A program made the position numbers and the translations under genes. Of a stretch of 64,000 nt of DNA, positions 19,396-29,800 are shown one piece after another (position 1 is the stretch's first letter; the number at the start of each line of letters is the position of its first letter). Location: positions 34,827 to 98,826 of the IMG/VR virus record IMGVR_UViG_2974731955_000001; one strand, 5' to 3'. The notes beneath the pieces were generated by a model. That model did not search any database and was not told where the DNA came from. It saw only the letters and a list, made by a program, of their open reading frames with translations. The stretch comes from a virus (taxonomy: Duplodnaviria > Caudoviricetes).

Positions 19396-19869
19396 ATGAT
19401 AGTATTACCTACTGAAAAAGTCAAGGCAAAAGTAAATAATCCACGATTTTTAATTATATACGGTCGTCCAAAGACCGGTAAAACCTCTTGTGTAGCGGCT
19501 CTAGAAAACAATTTGATTATTGATCTTGAAGGTGGATCTGAATTTTTAGATTGTTTGTCTATACAAGCAAGATCTGTAGCAGATTTAGGTGATATTGCAA
19601 ATGCAATTAGAACTAAAATTAAAGAAACTGGAGTAAAGCCATATAAATTTATTACTCTAGATAATGCTACACGACTAGAAGAAATATGTCTATCTTATGC
19701 AGCTACGCTTTATAAAGCGCAACCTCAAGGTAAATCTTGGCAAGGTACAGACGTTAGATTATTACCACAAGGAAGTGGATATCAATATATTCGTCTAGCT
19801 GTAAGAAAAGTAATAGATATGTTTAAAGAACTTACAGATAATCTTATTTTAATTGGTCACACTAAGGAT
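19396..19869 (+). CDS. AAA/Sak4-like ATPase, exon 1
   Basis: Walker A YGRPKTGKT, IDLEGG, TLDN. The frame breaks after LIGHTKD at the intron. Confidence 0.85.
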
Positions 19870-20874
19870 TAAAAATAGTCCCTTTAGCTGGTAACAGTTA
19901 TAGCAAATCTCTTGAATTGCTGGAAACTCTTCTATAAATAGAACACATATACTGTTATAACGTTAATATGATATATGTACAATTTATATAAGACAATCAG
20001 CAGCTATGGAAAAATATAGTATTTTAGATAAAAAAACAATAATAGGACAAAATAAAAAAGGTAAAACTTATAGATATTTAATACAAGTAAAATGTAATGA
20101 TTGTGGACATATTAAATGGGTAAATCCATCTAATCCTTTTTATAAAAAAGGAATATGTAGAAAATGCAATGAATCTAATTATAGAAATCAAGTATTAAAT
20201 ATTGAAAATGATACTTTTAAGGTTCTTTCTATCGATAATGAAAGTACTGCAAAAAATCCTCGTCATACAAAATATTTTGTACAATGTAAAAGATGTGGAA
20301 AAATTTTTAGTAGACGAGCGAGTGTAATACGAAAAAGTTTAGAAAGTGTTGTTTGTTCTAATTGTAGAAAACTTCGAAATAATAAACCATTAAACGTTAT
20401 AAAATATAAAGAATACTGTTATTATAGATCTGGTGCAAAAGCTAGAAATTTAGAATGGAATTTAACGGAAGAACAATTTGCACATTTAATAAATCAAAAT
20501 TGTGTATATTGCGGAGAAAAGCCTTCTAAAAAACAAACAGTATCTTATAAAAATGAATATGAATTAGTAAATGGTATAGATAGAATAGATTCTTCTAAAG
20601 GATATACAGTTAATAACTGTGTACCTTGTTGCAGTAAGTGTAATCTTATGAAAAATAATTTTAAGAAAGAAGAATTTTTACAACATATAACTAAAATATA
20701 TAATTATTCTATTAGTTCAACGACTATCCCGAAAGGGAGTACATTCGAAGCTAATGCGAATGGAAGCGAGAGAATTCCTAACAAAAGGAATATGATATAG
20801 TCTATTCTACATGGTGACATGTAGCAGTTCATAAGAGAACGTATACAAACTTGCGAATTGTATAGAATATTAAG
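19870..20874 (+). mobile_element. Group I self-splicing intron carrying a homing endonuclease
   Basis: Exon ends in U, which pairs with G of the IGS (GTCC). P (AATTGCTGGAAACTC), Q (AATCAGCAG), R (TTCAACGACTA) and S (ATGATATAGTC) elements are present. Terminal G at 20874. Splicing restores GHTKD|KLINKNGED in frame. Confidence 0.9.
20006..20800 (+). CDS. Intron-encoded HNH homing endonuclease with CxxC zinc motifs
   Basis: CVYCG...NGIDRIDSSKGYTVNNCVPCCSKCNLMK, plus several N-terminal CxxC pairs. Confidence 0.88.
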   Translation: MEKYSILDKKTIIGQNKKGKTYRYLIQVKCNDCGHIKWVNPSNPFYKKGICRKCNESNYRNQVLNIENDTFKVLSIDNESTAKNPRHTKYFVQCKRCGKIFSRRASVIRKSLESVVCSNCRKLRNNKPLNVIKYKEYCYYRSGAKARNLEWNLTEEQFAHLINQNCVYCGEKPSKKQTVSYKNEYELVNGIDRIDSSKGYTVNNCVPCCSKCNLMKNNFKKEEFLQHITKIYNYSISSTTIPKGSTFEANANGSERIPNKRNMI

Positions 20875-21147
20875 AAATTGATCAATAAAAATGGTGAAGA
20901 TATGACAGAAATGTCCTTAGATTTAGTAGGTAAACTAGGGGATATTGTCTGTGGAGAAGCAGATGCTGTAGGTTTTATGTATAGAAAAGGTAATCAAACC
21001 ATTGTTAATTTTGATAGTGGTGATGATACTACAAAAGGTGCTAGAGCACCACACATTAGAGAAAAAAGAATCGTTTTAGCTGAAAGCGATGAAAATGGAA
21101 ATTTAAGTTTTCATTGGAATAAAATTTATTTGCCAGACCAAGAATAA
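20875..21147 (+). CDS. AAA/Sak4-like ATPase, exon 2 (spliced product 248 aa)
   Basis: In frame with exon 1 after intron removal. EADAVGFMYR is typical of this family's C-terminal half. Confidence 0.85.
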   Translation, partial: KLINKNGEDMTEMSLDLVGKLGDIVCGEADAVGFMYRKGNQTIVNFDSGDDTTKGARAPHIREKRIVLAESDENGNLSFHWNKIYLPDQE

Positions 21148-21165
21148 CCAAAATAATAGAATAAG

Positions 21166-21798
21166 ATGATTTACAGTTCACAAAGAGCACAAGCAATCCA
21201 AAAGAAAGATGTAGCATATTTAGGTGCAGGTATCCAAGATAATGTAGTATTAGAAGCAATTAGAGTTGATAAATCCATTAATGGAAATAACTTTATTGAA
21301 TTTAAGTTTACTGCAAAAGATGGTAAATTTATGACCCATACTGAATGGGAACCATCTAAAGGTCCTAATATGACTGATGAAGATCTACAGAAGAAGTGTG
21401 ATAACCAATTCTCTAGAATCGATCAAATCCTAGAATGTTACTATCCTAATAAGGAAGATCGAGTATTTACCGGTGAGAGTTTTAAAGAATTCATCGAATG
21501 GGTTGCTGAAATGCTTAATAAAGCAGACAGATCTACATTACTTCGTATTAAAGTAGTATATAACAATAGTGGTTATACTACACTTCCGAAGTATGCAAAA
21601 TATAGATTTATCGAACCTATGTCAATAGTAGATAAAAATGAATCAGTAATTGTCAAGTTAAACATTGATAATTTTGAGAAACCTATTATTGCAGATGTAG
21701 AGCAGTCTAATCCAAATCCACTAACATCTAGTTCATTTGTAATAACAGATGGAACTTTAGATAATACAGAAGATAATCCTAACGGATTACCATTTTAA
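21166..21798 (+). CDS. Putative single-stranded DNA-binding protein
   Basis: Follows the Sak4-like gene and has an acidic tail ending GLPF, like SSB C-terminal tips. Confidence 0.65.
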   Translation: MIYSSQRAQAIQKKDVAYLGAGIQDNVVLEAIRVDKSINGNNFIEFKFTAKDGKFMTHTEWEPSKGPNMTDEDLQKKCDNQFSRIDQILECYYPNKEDRVFTGESFKEFIEWVAEMLNKADRSTLLRIKVVYNNSGYTTLPKYAKYRFIEPMSIVDKNESVIVKLNIDNFEKPIIADVEQSNPNPLTSSSFVITDGTLDNTEDNPNGLPF

Positions 21799-21915
21799 AA
21801 ATATAAAGCTATTCGTACGATAGAACGAAAACTATACGGCCTCTGACTTTTGTCATGTAAGTATACCAGATCGTAGGCTGGCACTGACCACACAGGGGGT
21901 ATTGTAAAGGTGGAA

Positions 21916-22023
21916 GAAGAGTAAGCACATAACTATAATAGTTAAGCAGATGTGTGAATGGGCCTAATACAAACGCTAACTAGCGTGTATTTAAATGGGG
22001 CGGTTCGAGTCCGCCACTCTTCA
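21916..22023 (+). ncRNA. tRNA-like element with an enlarged non-canonical interior
   Basis: Acceptor GAAGAGT/ACTCTTC, T arm GGCGG-TTCGAGT-CCGCC. Interior hairpins do not form canonical D or anticodon arms. Confidence 0.6.
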
Positions 22024-22047
22024 CTGATTATTAAAAAATTATATCAT

Positions 22048-23013
22048 ATGTATGACTCTAATAGAATAACAAAACAAGATAATCCTATTACTCTAGACTA
22101 TATCTTATCCAAAGTCACAGAATATGATATTTATGCTAGATATTTAGGCCAATTTAAAGTTGGTTTTATCTATAACAGTCCGTTTCGAAAGGATAAGAAT
22201 CCTTCATTTGGAATATTCCGAAGTAAGAAGACTGGAAAATTACTATTTAAAGATCATGGTAATGGAGAATGCGGAGATGTAATTAAATTCGTAGAGTTAT
22301 ATACTGGTATAACTAATTATAATGATCTACTAAATCAAATAGTAAAGGATATGCAAATTACTAATAATACGGTATTGCATAGTAATAAAGAAGTAGAGAA
22401 ATCTACTGAAACAGTTATTGGAGTAGTTAGACAAGATTGGACAGATATAGATAAACAATATTGGTCACAATTTGGAATTTCTCTAAAGACTTTAAAGAAA
22501 TTTGGTGTAAGTAGTATAAAATATTATTTGTGTGATGGTGTAGTAAAGGGAGTGTATAAGGAAAATAATCCTATGTATGCATATAAAGTATATGATAGAT
22601 TCAAGATTTATAGACCTTTAGCAGATAAATATACTAAATGGCGTAATAATTTAACTCCATATGATATTCAGGGATATGAACAATTACCTAAAAAAGGTGA
22701 TTTACTAATTATTACTAAATCTATGAAGGATGTTATGTGTTTATATGAAATGGGTTATACTGCAATATCACCAGCTTCAGAAAGCACATTTCTTACTCCA
22801 GATGTTATAGATGCACTTAAACTTCGATTTAAGCGTATTTTAATATGTTTTGATAGAGACGTTCCTGGAGTTAAAAATATGCGTAAGATAAGCCTTAAAA
22901 CAGGTTTAAATGGATTCTTAGTACATAAGAAATTCCAAAGTAAAGACATATCTGATGCTATTAAGAATAATGGCTTTGAAGTAATTAAAAATTGGTTAAA
23001 AGAAACACTATGA
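22048..23013 (+). CDS. DNA primase (zinc-finger-like N-terminus plus Toprim domain)
   Basis: SPFRKDKNPSF...FKDHG...GDVIKFV, ITKSMKDVM, CFDRDVPG and KDISD motifs. Start moved to MYDSN. Confidence 0.88.
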   Translation: MYDSNRITKQDNPITLDYILSKVTEYDIYARYLGQFKVGFIYNSPFRKDKNPSFGIFRSKKTGKLLFKDHGNGECGDVIKFVELYTGITNYNDLLNQIVKDMQITNNTVLHSNKEVEKSTETVIGVVRQDWTDIDKQYWSQFGISLKTLKKFGVSSIKYYLCDGVVKGVYKENNPMYAYKVYDRFKIYRPLADKYTKWRNNLTPYDIQGYEQLPKKGDLLIITKSMKDVMCLYEMGYTAISPASESTFLTPDVIDALKLRFKRILICFDRDVPGVKNMRKISLKTGLNGFLVHKKFQSKDISDAIKNNGFEVIKNWLKETL

Positions 23014-23597
23014 TATGGTTTACTTCAGATCTACATTTCTTTCATGACCGTATATTAGAATTTCATCCTAAGCGAAAAAAGATATTTGGGGATACTGTTG
23101 AAAAAGCTAAAGAAGCTATGATACAGTTATGGAATTCTAGAGTAAACAAGAAAGATACTATATATATTTTAGGTGATCTTGCATTTGGTGAAGTAGAAGA
23201 TAAAAGAAAACTATTTCAAAGACTAAATGGTAACAAAGTACTAATACTTGGTAATCATGATAAAGTACCAGATCATTTAAAATGCTATTTCAATCATATT
23301 ACTCAGATCAAGAATATTAAATTTAAGAAATCTGTATATAATTTCTTACATAAAGATCTAGAAGTAATAATGTGTCATTTTCCGATATTAAGTTGGGAAC
23401 ACAAAGATAAAGGATCTGTTATGATACACGGTCATTGTCATGGAAAAGTAGATAAAATAAATACAGATTCTAAAGAATTAAGAGTAGATGTAGGTATAGA
23501 TGGAAATCTAGCTAATTATGATCTAATATCTTTAGAAAAACTTGCAAATCATTTTACAAAAATAGAAAAAGACAATGAACATGGAATGGTTAAATAG
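23010..23597 (+). CDS. Calcineurin-like metallophosphoesterase
   Basis: SDLHFFH, LGD, GNHD and HGHCH motifs. Confidence 0.9.
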   Translation: MIWFTSDLHFFHDRILEFHPKRKKIFGDTVEKAKEAMIQLWNSRVNKKDTIYILGDLAFGEVEDKRKLFQRLNGNKVLILGNHDKVPDHLKCYFNHITQIKNIKFKKSVYNFLHKDLEVIMCHFPILSWEHKDKGSVMIHGHCHGKVDKINTDSKELRVDVGIDGNLANYDLISLEKLANHFTKIEKDNEHGMVK

Positions 23598-23686
23598 TAC
23601 ACCAGGTCTAACATGGTTACAATTAATTCTGATTAGTTTTATTGGAAATCTTTGTGGAAGTATACTTTGTACATATATTGATCGTT

Positions 23687-24094
23687 ATGAAGCAAAGAAA
23701 AACAAAAAGAAAGAAAACGACAAATCAGAAAGTTAAAAATGCCACACCAAATATATATGATGGTATTGAATTTAAAAGTAAACTTGAAACATATGTTTAT
23801 AAACAATTAAAGGCTCATAATCTCAAAGCAGAATATGAGCCTATTAAGTTTGAATTAATACCAGCATTTACTTTTTGTGGTAAAAAGATCCGAGCGATGA
23901 CTTATACTCCAGACTTTGTTGGAGATAATTTTATTATCGAAGCTAAAGGAAGACCTAATGATGTATGGCCATATAAATGGAAATGGTTTATGTGGTCTTT
24001 ATTAAATAAAGGTCTAGCTGAAAAGTATAAGTTATTTGTAGTACATAATCATAAGGAAACTGATGAATGTATTAAACAAATTCAAGAACTGTAA
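23687..24094 (+). CDS. PD-(D/E)XK endonuclease (DUF1064 / T7 endonuclease I-like)
   Basis: DGIEFKSKLE...YTPDF...IEAKG motifs. Confidence 0.8.
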   Translation: MKQRKTKRKKTTNQKVKNATPNIYDGIEFKSKLETYVYKQLKAHNLKAEYEPIKFELIPAFTFCGKKIRAMTYTPDFVGDNFIIEAKGRPNDVWPYKWKWFMWSLLNKGLAEKYKLFVVHNHKETDECIKQIQEL

Positions 24095-24125
24095 GATAAA
24101 GTACAAAAACTAAAACCAAACAAAG

Positions 24126-24434
24126 ATGAAAAATATATCTGAAAATACAATTAAGTTATTTAAGAGTAATTATAAGTTAGCTATTTCAGAACTCGAAAAT
24201 AAGATTTTAGAGAAAGAAATAGAACTTGAGAACTTTTTTAATAATGATAATATATCCAAAAGTAAAGATAGTTATACAGTAAGTTTATTTGGTTCTTATT
24301 ATGATAGGAATTTATTTAAGAGATATCATGATTTGAAACAGGATCTTATAAGACATTATGATCTATTACAAGAATATAAAACAACTTATGATAACTTTAT
24401 TTTAGGATTAAAAAATGAAAGTAACAGCAATTAG
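24126..24434 (+). CDS. Hypothetical protein
   Basis: 102-aa ORF in the operon. Confidence 0.6.
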   Translation: MKNISENTIKLFKSNYKLAISELENKILEKEIELENFFNNDNISKSKDSYTVSLFGSYYDRNLFKRYHDLKQDLIRHYDLLQEYKTTYDNFILGLKNESNSN

Positions 24435-25125
24435 TGACTTACATGGCAATCTTATTGATATAGAACCATGTGATCTATTATTGATATGTGGTGATATATC
24501 TCCATTAGAGATTCAAAGAGACTATATTCAAATGACAAAATGGATATTTAATGAATTTCAAGAATGGATAATGAAGATAGATTGCCCTACTATTATACTT
24601 ACTCCAGGTAATCATGATTTTTGGTTCGAAAAGATGATTACTCAATCAAATACTTACTTATTTAATAAGTTAACTATATTGATTGATGGAGAAACAAAAG
24701 TATACAATAGTACTGACGACAAATGGTATAAAATCTATGGAACACCTTGGTGTAAACAATGTGGACCATGGGCATTTATGGCTAATCACGCTGAATTAGC
24801 TAAGAAATACGAAAAAATACCAAAAGATTTAGATATATTAATGACTCACGAAGCGTCTAATCTTGCAGAAGTAGGAACTACACACGATAATGGAACTGAA
24901 ATCCAATATTGTTGTGCTGCATTAACTGATGAAATTAGACGAAAGAAACCAAAGTATGCATTATGTGGACACGTTCATACTGGAAATCATAATATTACAG
25001 CATGTCCTGTATATGATTATGTATTTCAAGAGGAAACAGAATGGACTAATGTACGTGTAGCAAACGTAAGCATACTTGATGAATCTTATTCGATTTATTT
25101 TAGACCAACAACATTTGAACTATAA
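24415..25125 (+). CDS. Second metallophosphoesterase
   Basis: ISDLHG, CGD, PGNHD, MTH and CGHVH motifs. Confidence 0.9.
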   Translation: MKVTAISDLHGNLIDIEPCDLLLICGDISPLEIQRDYIQMTKWIFNEFQEWIMKIDCPTIILTPGNHDFWFEKMITQSNTYLFNKLTILIDGETKVYNSTDDKWYKIYGTPWCKQCGPWAFMANHAELAKKYEKIPKDLDILMTHEASNLAEVGTTHDNGTEIQYCCAALTDEIRRKKPKYALCGHVHTGNHNITACPVYDYVFQEETEWTNVRVANVSILDESYSIYFRPTTFEL

Positions 25126-25143
25126 CTTAAAAAATTTACGATT

Positions 25144-25311
25144 ATGAAGAATTACGAATTAGTTAATTTACAATTAGACGAGCAAAATATGAATAATGAT
25201 ATAATGTCTCAGACTGAACAAGATATTTATTTTGAAGCAGATGAACTAAATGACATTGCATTCATTAATGAGTTAATGGAAGCAGATCGTTTAAGTAAAT
25301 TAGAAGAGTAA
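25144..25311 (+). CDS. Small acidic protein (55 aa)
   Basis: MKNYELVNLQLDEQ...RLSKLEE fills the gap between two genes almost exactly. Not in the ORF track. Confidence 0.6.
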   Translation: MKNYELVNLQLDEQNMNNDIMSQTEQDIYFEADELNDIAFINELMEADRLSKLEE

Positions 25312-25313
25312 TT

Positions 25314-26309
25314 ATGGATATAAGTATACCTTATTATGAGGATATGTCTAGAATATCCAATTCAAATATCGGATGGTTCCTAAAAAAGGGACCCCGATAT
25401 CTAAAGGATATGCTAGATGGAAAAATTGAAGGATTAAAAGCAAGTTTCTTAGATAAAGGAACTATGATTCATGAATATATTCTTCAACCAGAAGAATTCT
25501 GGAATGATTATATTATTTTAGACTTTGCAGTACCTAAAGTAAAGCAACAAAAAGATCTTCTAGAATTTTATTCTACTGCAAGATTAACCGATCCTTTTGC
25601 TACTGAAGAAGATATATTATTAATGAGTTATAATGCAGCTTATAGTAATAATAAATCTATCGATAAAAGAATTCAAGAAGCAAGAGAATTAGTAGAATTA
25701 TATAAAAACTACATTGAATACTTTAGAAATAAAGATAGTAAGAAAGTTATTTCTTTTGCTGATTTGGCTCTTCTAAAGACCATAAAGCAAAATATGCAAG
25801 AGCATAAAAAAGCAAATGAGATTTTATTTGCTTATCCAAAAACATTTGAAGTTCACAATGAATTTCATATAAATTGGGAATTTCCAAATGCTTCTAAATT
25901 AGGAGATTTTCCTTGTAAATCTTTACTCGATAGAGTAATGATTGATCATACAAATAAGAAAGTAGTACTCGTTGATATTAAAACTACAGCTGATGTGTAT
26001 AATTTCAGACATTCTATAGAAGAATTTGACTATTGTAGACAATTAGCTTATTACTGGTTTGCAATTTATTGGTATTTTAAAAATGAATTAAAACTAGATT
26101 TAGAAGAATATACACGAGAAACATATATAATAGCTGTTCAAAGTCATGACGGTTATGAAGTAAAGGTTTTTAATATTGAGAATCAATACATCGAAGCCAA
26201 AGTATGTGTTATTGAAGATGCTATCAAACGCATAGCTTGGCACAAAGATAATGACTTATGGGATCATATAAAAGAATATTATGAAGGAGATGGAGCAGAA
26301 CTACTATGA
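25314..26309 (+). CDS. PD-(D/E)XK exonuclease (RecE / ExoVIII-like)
   Basis: ISNS, GTMIHEYIL, KSLLDRV, VDIKTT and YCRQLAYY motifs. Confidence 0.82.
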   Translation: MDISIPYYEDMSRISNSNIGWFLKKGPRYLKDMLDGKIEGLKASFLDKGTMIHEYILQPEEFWNDYIILDFAVPKVKQQKDLLEFYSTARLTDPFATEEDILLMSYNAAYSNNKSIDKRIQEARELVELYKNYIEYFRNKDSKKVISFADLALLKTIKQNMQEHKKANEILFAYPKTFEVHNEFHINWEFPNASKLGDFPCKSLLDRVMIDHTNKKVVLVDIKTTADVYNFRHSIEEFDYCRQLAYYWFAIYWYFKNELKLDLEEYTRETYIIAVQSHDGYEVKVFNIENQYIEAKVCVIEDAIKRIAWHKDNDLWDHIKEYYEGDGAELL

Positions 26310-26812
26310 TTATTAATAAATATACAAAACATAGTATATTTTCACTTCCTCAAATATTTTATGATACCTTTACAAAATATGATTTGAAAAATAGTGAGTT
26401 TGTAAATATGTACACAAGTGATATGAATAACCCATTACTTTCAAATCATATTTTTTTAGTATTTCATAATACTAAAACTTACTTAATAGAGAGATTAAAG
26501 AAACATAGACTATATTATTGTGATTATACTTTAACAATAGATAGAATTAATTATAGAGTATTTGCCTTTAATAAGGCTTATTCAATTCATTCCATAGTAA
26601 ACAAAATAGATCTTGGTTTATATGAACGTCTAGGATATCAAGCTAAATTACAAATATTAAATTTTTGGAATATTAGTGTTGATAGTAAAGTTCATGAATA
26701 CCTATTTAATCCTCTTGCAAAAGTAACAAAACCGGTAGGTGAAAGTATATCACTACAAGATTTAAAATATAGAAAAGCCCCAACAGCAAAAACTGAAGGG
26801 GCTTTATTGTAA
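26306..26812 (+). CDS. Hypothetical protein (last + strand gene)
   Basis: ATGA overlap with the upstream gene. Confidence 0.7.
   Translation: MIINKYTKHSIFSLPQIFYDTFTKYDLKNSEFVNMYTSDMNNPLLSNHIFLVFHNTKTYLIERLKKHRLYYCDYTLTIDRINYRVFAFNKAYSIHSIVNKIDLGLYERLGYQAKLQILNFWNISVDSKVHEYLFNPLAKVTKPVGESISLQDLKYRKAPTAKTEGALL
26773..26805. terminator. Probable terminator hairpin near the convergent gene junction
   Basis: AAAGCCCC...GGGGCTTT flanked by short A and T runs. Confidence 0.5.
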
Positions 26813-26835
26813 TGGCCGTTAAAATTTTTGTGGCT

Positions 26836-29800
26836 TTAAAAGTTAAATATTGAAATCACATTATCGTAATACTCCATTTTTGATCTTGGATCTTGTGCTT
26901 CCCATATACTTCTTAAAGGAGTAGCCTTAATTAATGATCGTTGGAATCGGTTCATACCCTTGTATGGACCTTTTTTTATCTCCTGTGTAGGATCATTCAA
27001 CATCATTGTAATTAAGTCACCCCAATATTGTAAAGTAGACCATGCAGCAGTAGGAGTATTAAGTAAGTTAATTACTTCAATAGGTAATATGTTACCACGT
27101 GTCTCTAATGAAGCTCTTAGAGTAAGATAAGCTGCTTCTTGTTTCCACCAATTACGTTTGTCATCATCTGCCATCGCTCTTACTAAAGAAGAAATGATCA
27201 TAAAACCTACTGTGGAAAATAAAACTTCATAAGTAACTCTTTTAAGACATCCTTTTTCGAAATCGTCCAATTCATCATAATGATTTTGATATAGTTCCTT
27301 TAATTGATCTATTTTATTCTGATTAAAGTAATGTCTATATACATATTTAACTGCAGCTGGTACTTGAGCTTCGCTCCACATGCCTGTAGAATAGTTAAAT
27401 TGACGTTTAGTTAAGAACTTAGTTTGTAAATTAACCAAAATAAAGTTACGGAAGATAAGTAATAATTGTCCAATTACAGTTGCATGTAATTTACTTCTAT
27501 CCAAGTCTGTTAATTGCGTGTCAATTCTGGTACCTACTTGTTTTGCCGTATTTCTAACTTTGTTTATAGTAGCTTCATCGAGAGATTTAGCATACTCTGG
27601 TTTTATTACTAGTTTGTTGTTTTTAACTTCAAATGCATCATAAAAAGTTACACTTAAAGTATTCCATTTGGCATTGCCTTCCTTTTTACTCTTAAATCTT
27701 CTTAGGAATTCGTTCTTATTTAAGAATTTACCAGATTCAGGATCATATTTATAGTATAAACCAATTGCCAATGCCATTTTACCTTTTGTTACATAATCTG
27801 ACATTTCATGTCCAAAATACCAGAAGTGTTGATTTAATGCTCTTAAAAATCTAGATTGATTAAGTTTACTAAAGGTTTGAGCATTTTCTCTTACTACACC
27901 TAAATACTCCATATAACATAGAACCTTGTCTTTGTTGTTTGAATGACCTATGTTCTTTATTGCATTTGCATATGACGGTATGATTAATTTTGTTGCTTGT
28001 GCAAGTTCCTTATTTCCAAAGTATATACCAGAAATTGCTTCGAGTCTATTTTGTATTTTGTTTGTAATAAGACCAGTAAGAATCACATTCATATTTTGAG
28101 CTATGCCTTGTATTCTAGTGTATGCAGCTAAATTAGCAGCTAACTTACCAACACTTACTGTCACATGTTTGCCTTTTGGTAAAGGAACATCTAATTCTAA
28201 TGCATTCTTTTCCATACCATATACCAATTGATCTAGTACAGATTTTAATTTATCATATGTCTTACTTTCCAAACCTTGTATTCTACCACCCTTCTTATCG
28301 GTAAAATCTGTACGACTAACAAAATCAAGAGCTACTTCTAATTCTGGGGCAATTTCACTCATTTGTTCATAATTTTCTGCCATTTTGTAATAAGCAATGA
28401 CAGATCCTACTATATCGTTTGTTAAAGCGTCTGGATTTGATAACATCTTAATATACCTAGTAGGTATAAGTTTAACAAGTGACCCATCTGATCGTTTAGC
28501 ATTTTCCAACATATATGCATTATCATCATCCTTTACGGTGTAAGTATCTTCTATTGCATACGCTAACCCCTTTAAAATATTGTCCTTACTTCGGATTTGT
28601 GTCCATGCCCCACCTTCTATTTGTGGTAGTCTATATTTATTTTCATACTTTAAGAATTGAATCTTAGAATTTGATAATTCCATTACATCAACAAGTTTAT
28701 CGTAAAGCTTTTTTAAGTTTGAATCAGAAGTTATTTTACGATAATTTGCACTGTTGTCATACAATTCAGGATTTGGAATTCTTGTTTCTCCACGATCTGC
28801 ATATTTAGTAAATCTTTTATCGTAGAAAGGTGATTCTTTATCGATTTCAGACCAAGATCTATTAGGTACTTTGCGCATGTATTTAGATCTTAACTCTTTC
28901 TTCGGAACTAATTTCTTCCAAAAAGAAGCTGGTACAAGATTTCCTTCATAGTCATATCTAGCATTTATAGAAACCCACGCATTATATTCAGCTTGACCTA
29001 ATTTTTCAACTCTTTCTAATTCTTCATAGAATCTAGGGTTTACTTCCCATTCAGCTATGTCCATTACTTTGGATTTCTTTGATTTATCACGAGTTTTCAA
29101 ACTTTCCTCAGAAATCAATTCATCATAAGTATTAATCCACGACTTTACTTGGTCAGGCATGCTATCAACATCTACTTTACCATCTTCTCTGGTGTAAAGT
29201 CTTAACATGTTCTTTCTAGCCGTTTCATATAGTATTTGATCATCAGATTTATTTGCGTTTGATGAAAGAGTTTTAATATCGTCCCAGAATTCTTCAATTA
29301 TTTGATCAACTGTATTGCGTTGTTCCCACTTAGCAAATTTCTCTGGACTTAAATTCTTCTTTGCCTTTTGTAGAGCTTTATTAAACTTTTCCATATTTGG
29401 AGTATAATGTAATTTCTCTCTTAATTTTTCATTATACTCTCTCATTTCTATTGCTATTTCTTTATCTAATCCAACTTTTACTGAACCATCTGGATAATAT
29501 GGATTAGCTAAATTTCTACGTCTAGTTTCTAACTCTTGTAATTTTAGATAATCTTCATCGGATAAATCTTCTCTGTGGTAATCTCCGTTCTTATCAACGG
29601 TAGTACTTAACAATAGGTTTATTTCCATATTTATGGAATCTCTACGAGATCTTGCTTCTTCACTAAGACTGTTAGTTAGCTCGTAATACTCTGGAGTAAA
29701 CTTACGAATCGTATGTTTAGCTTCCCAATCATTATTTGCTTTATTCCATTTCTTTAGTTGCTCTGGATTCAATAAACCAGGCACTTCAGCAATATCTTTA

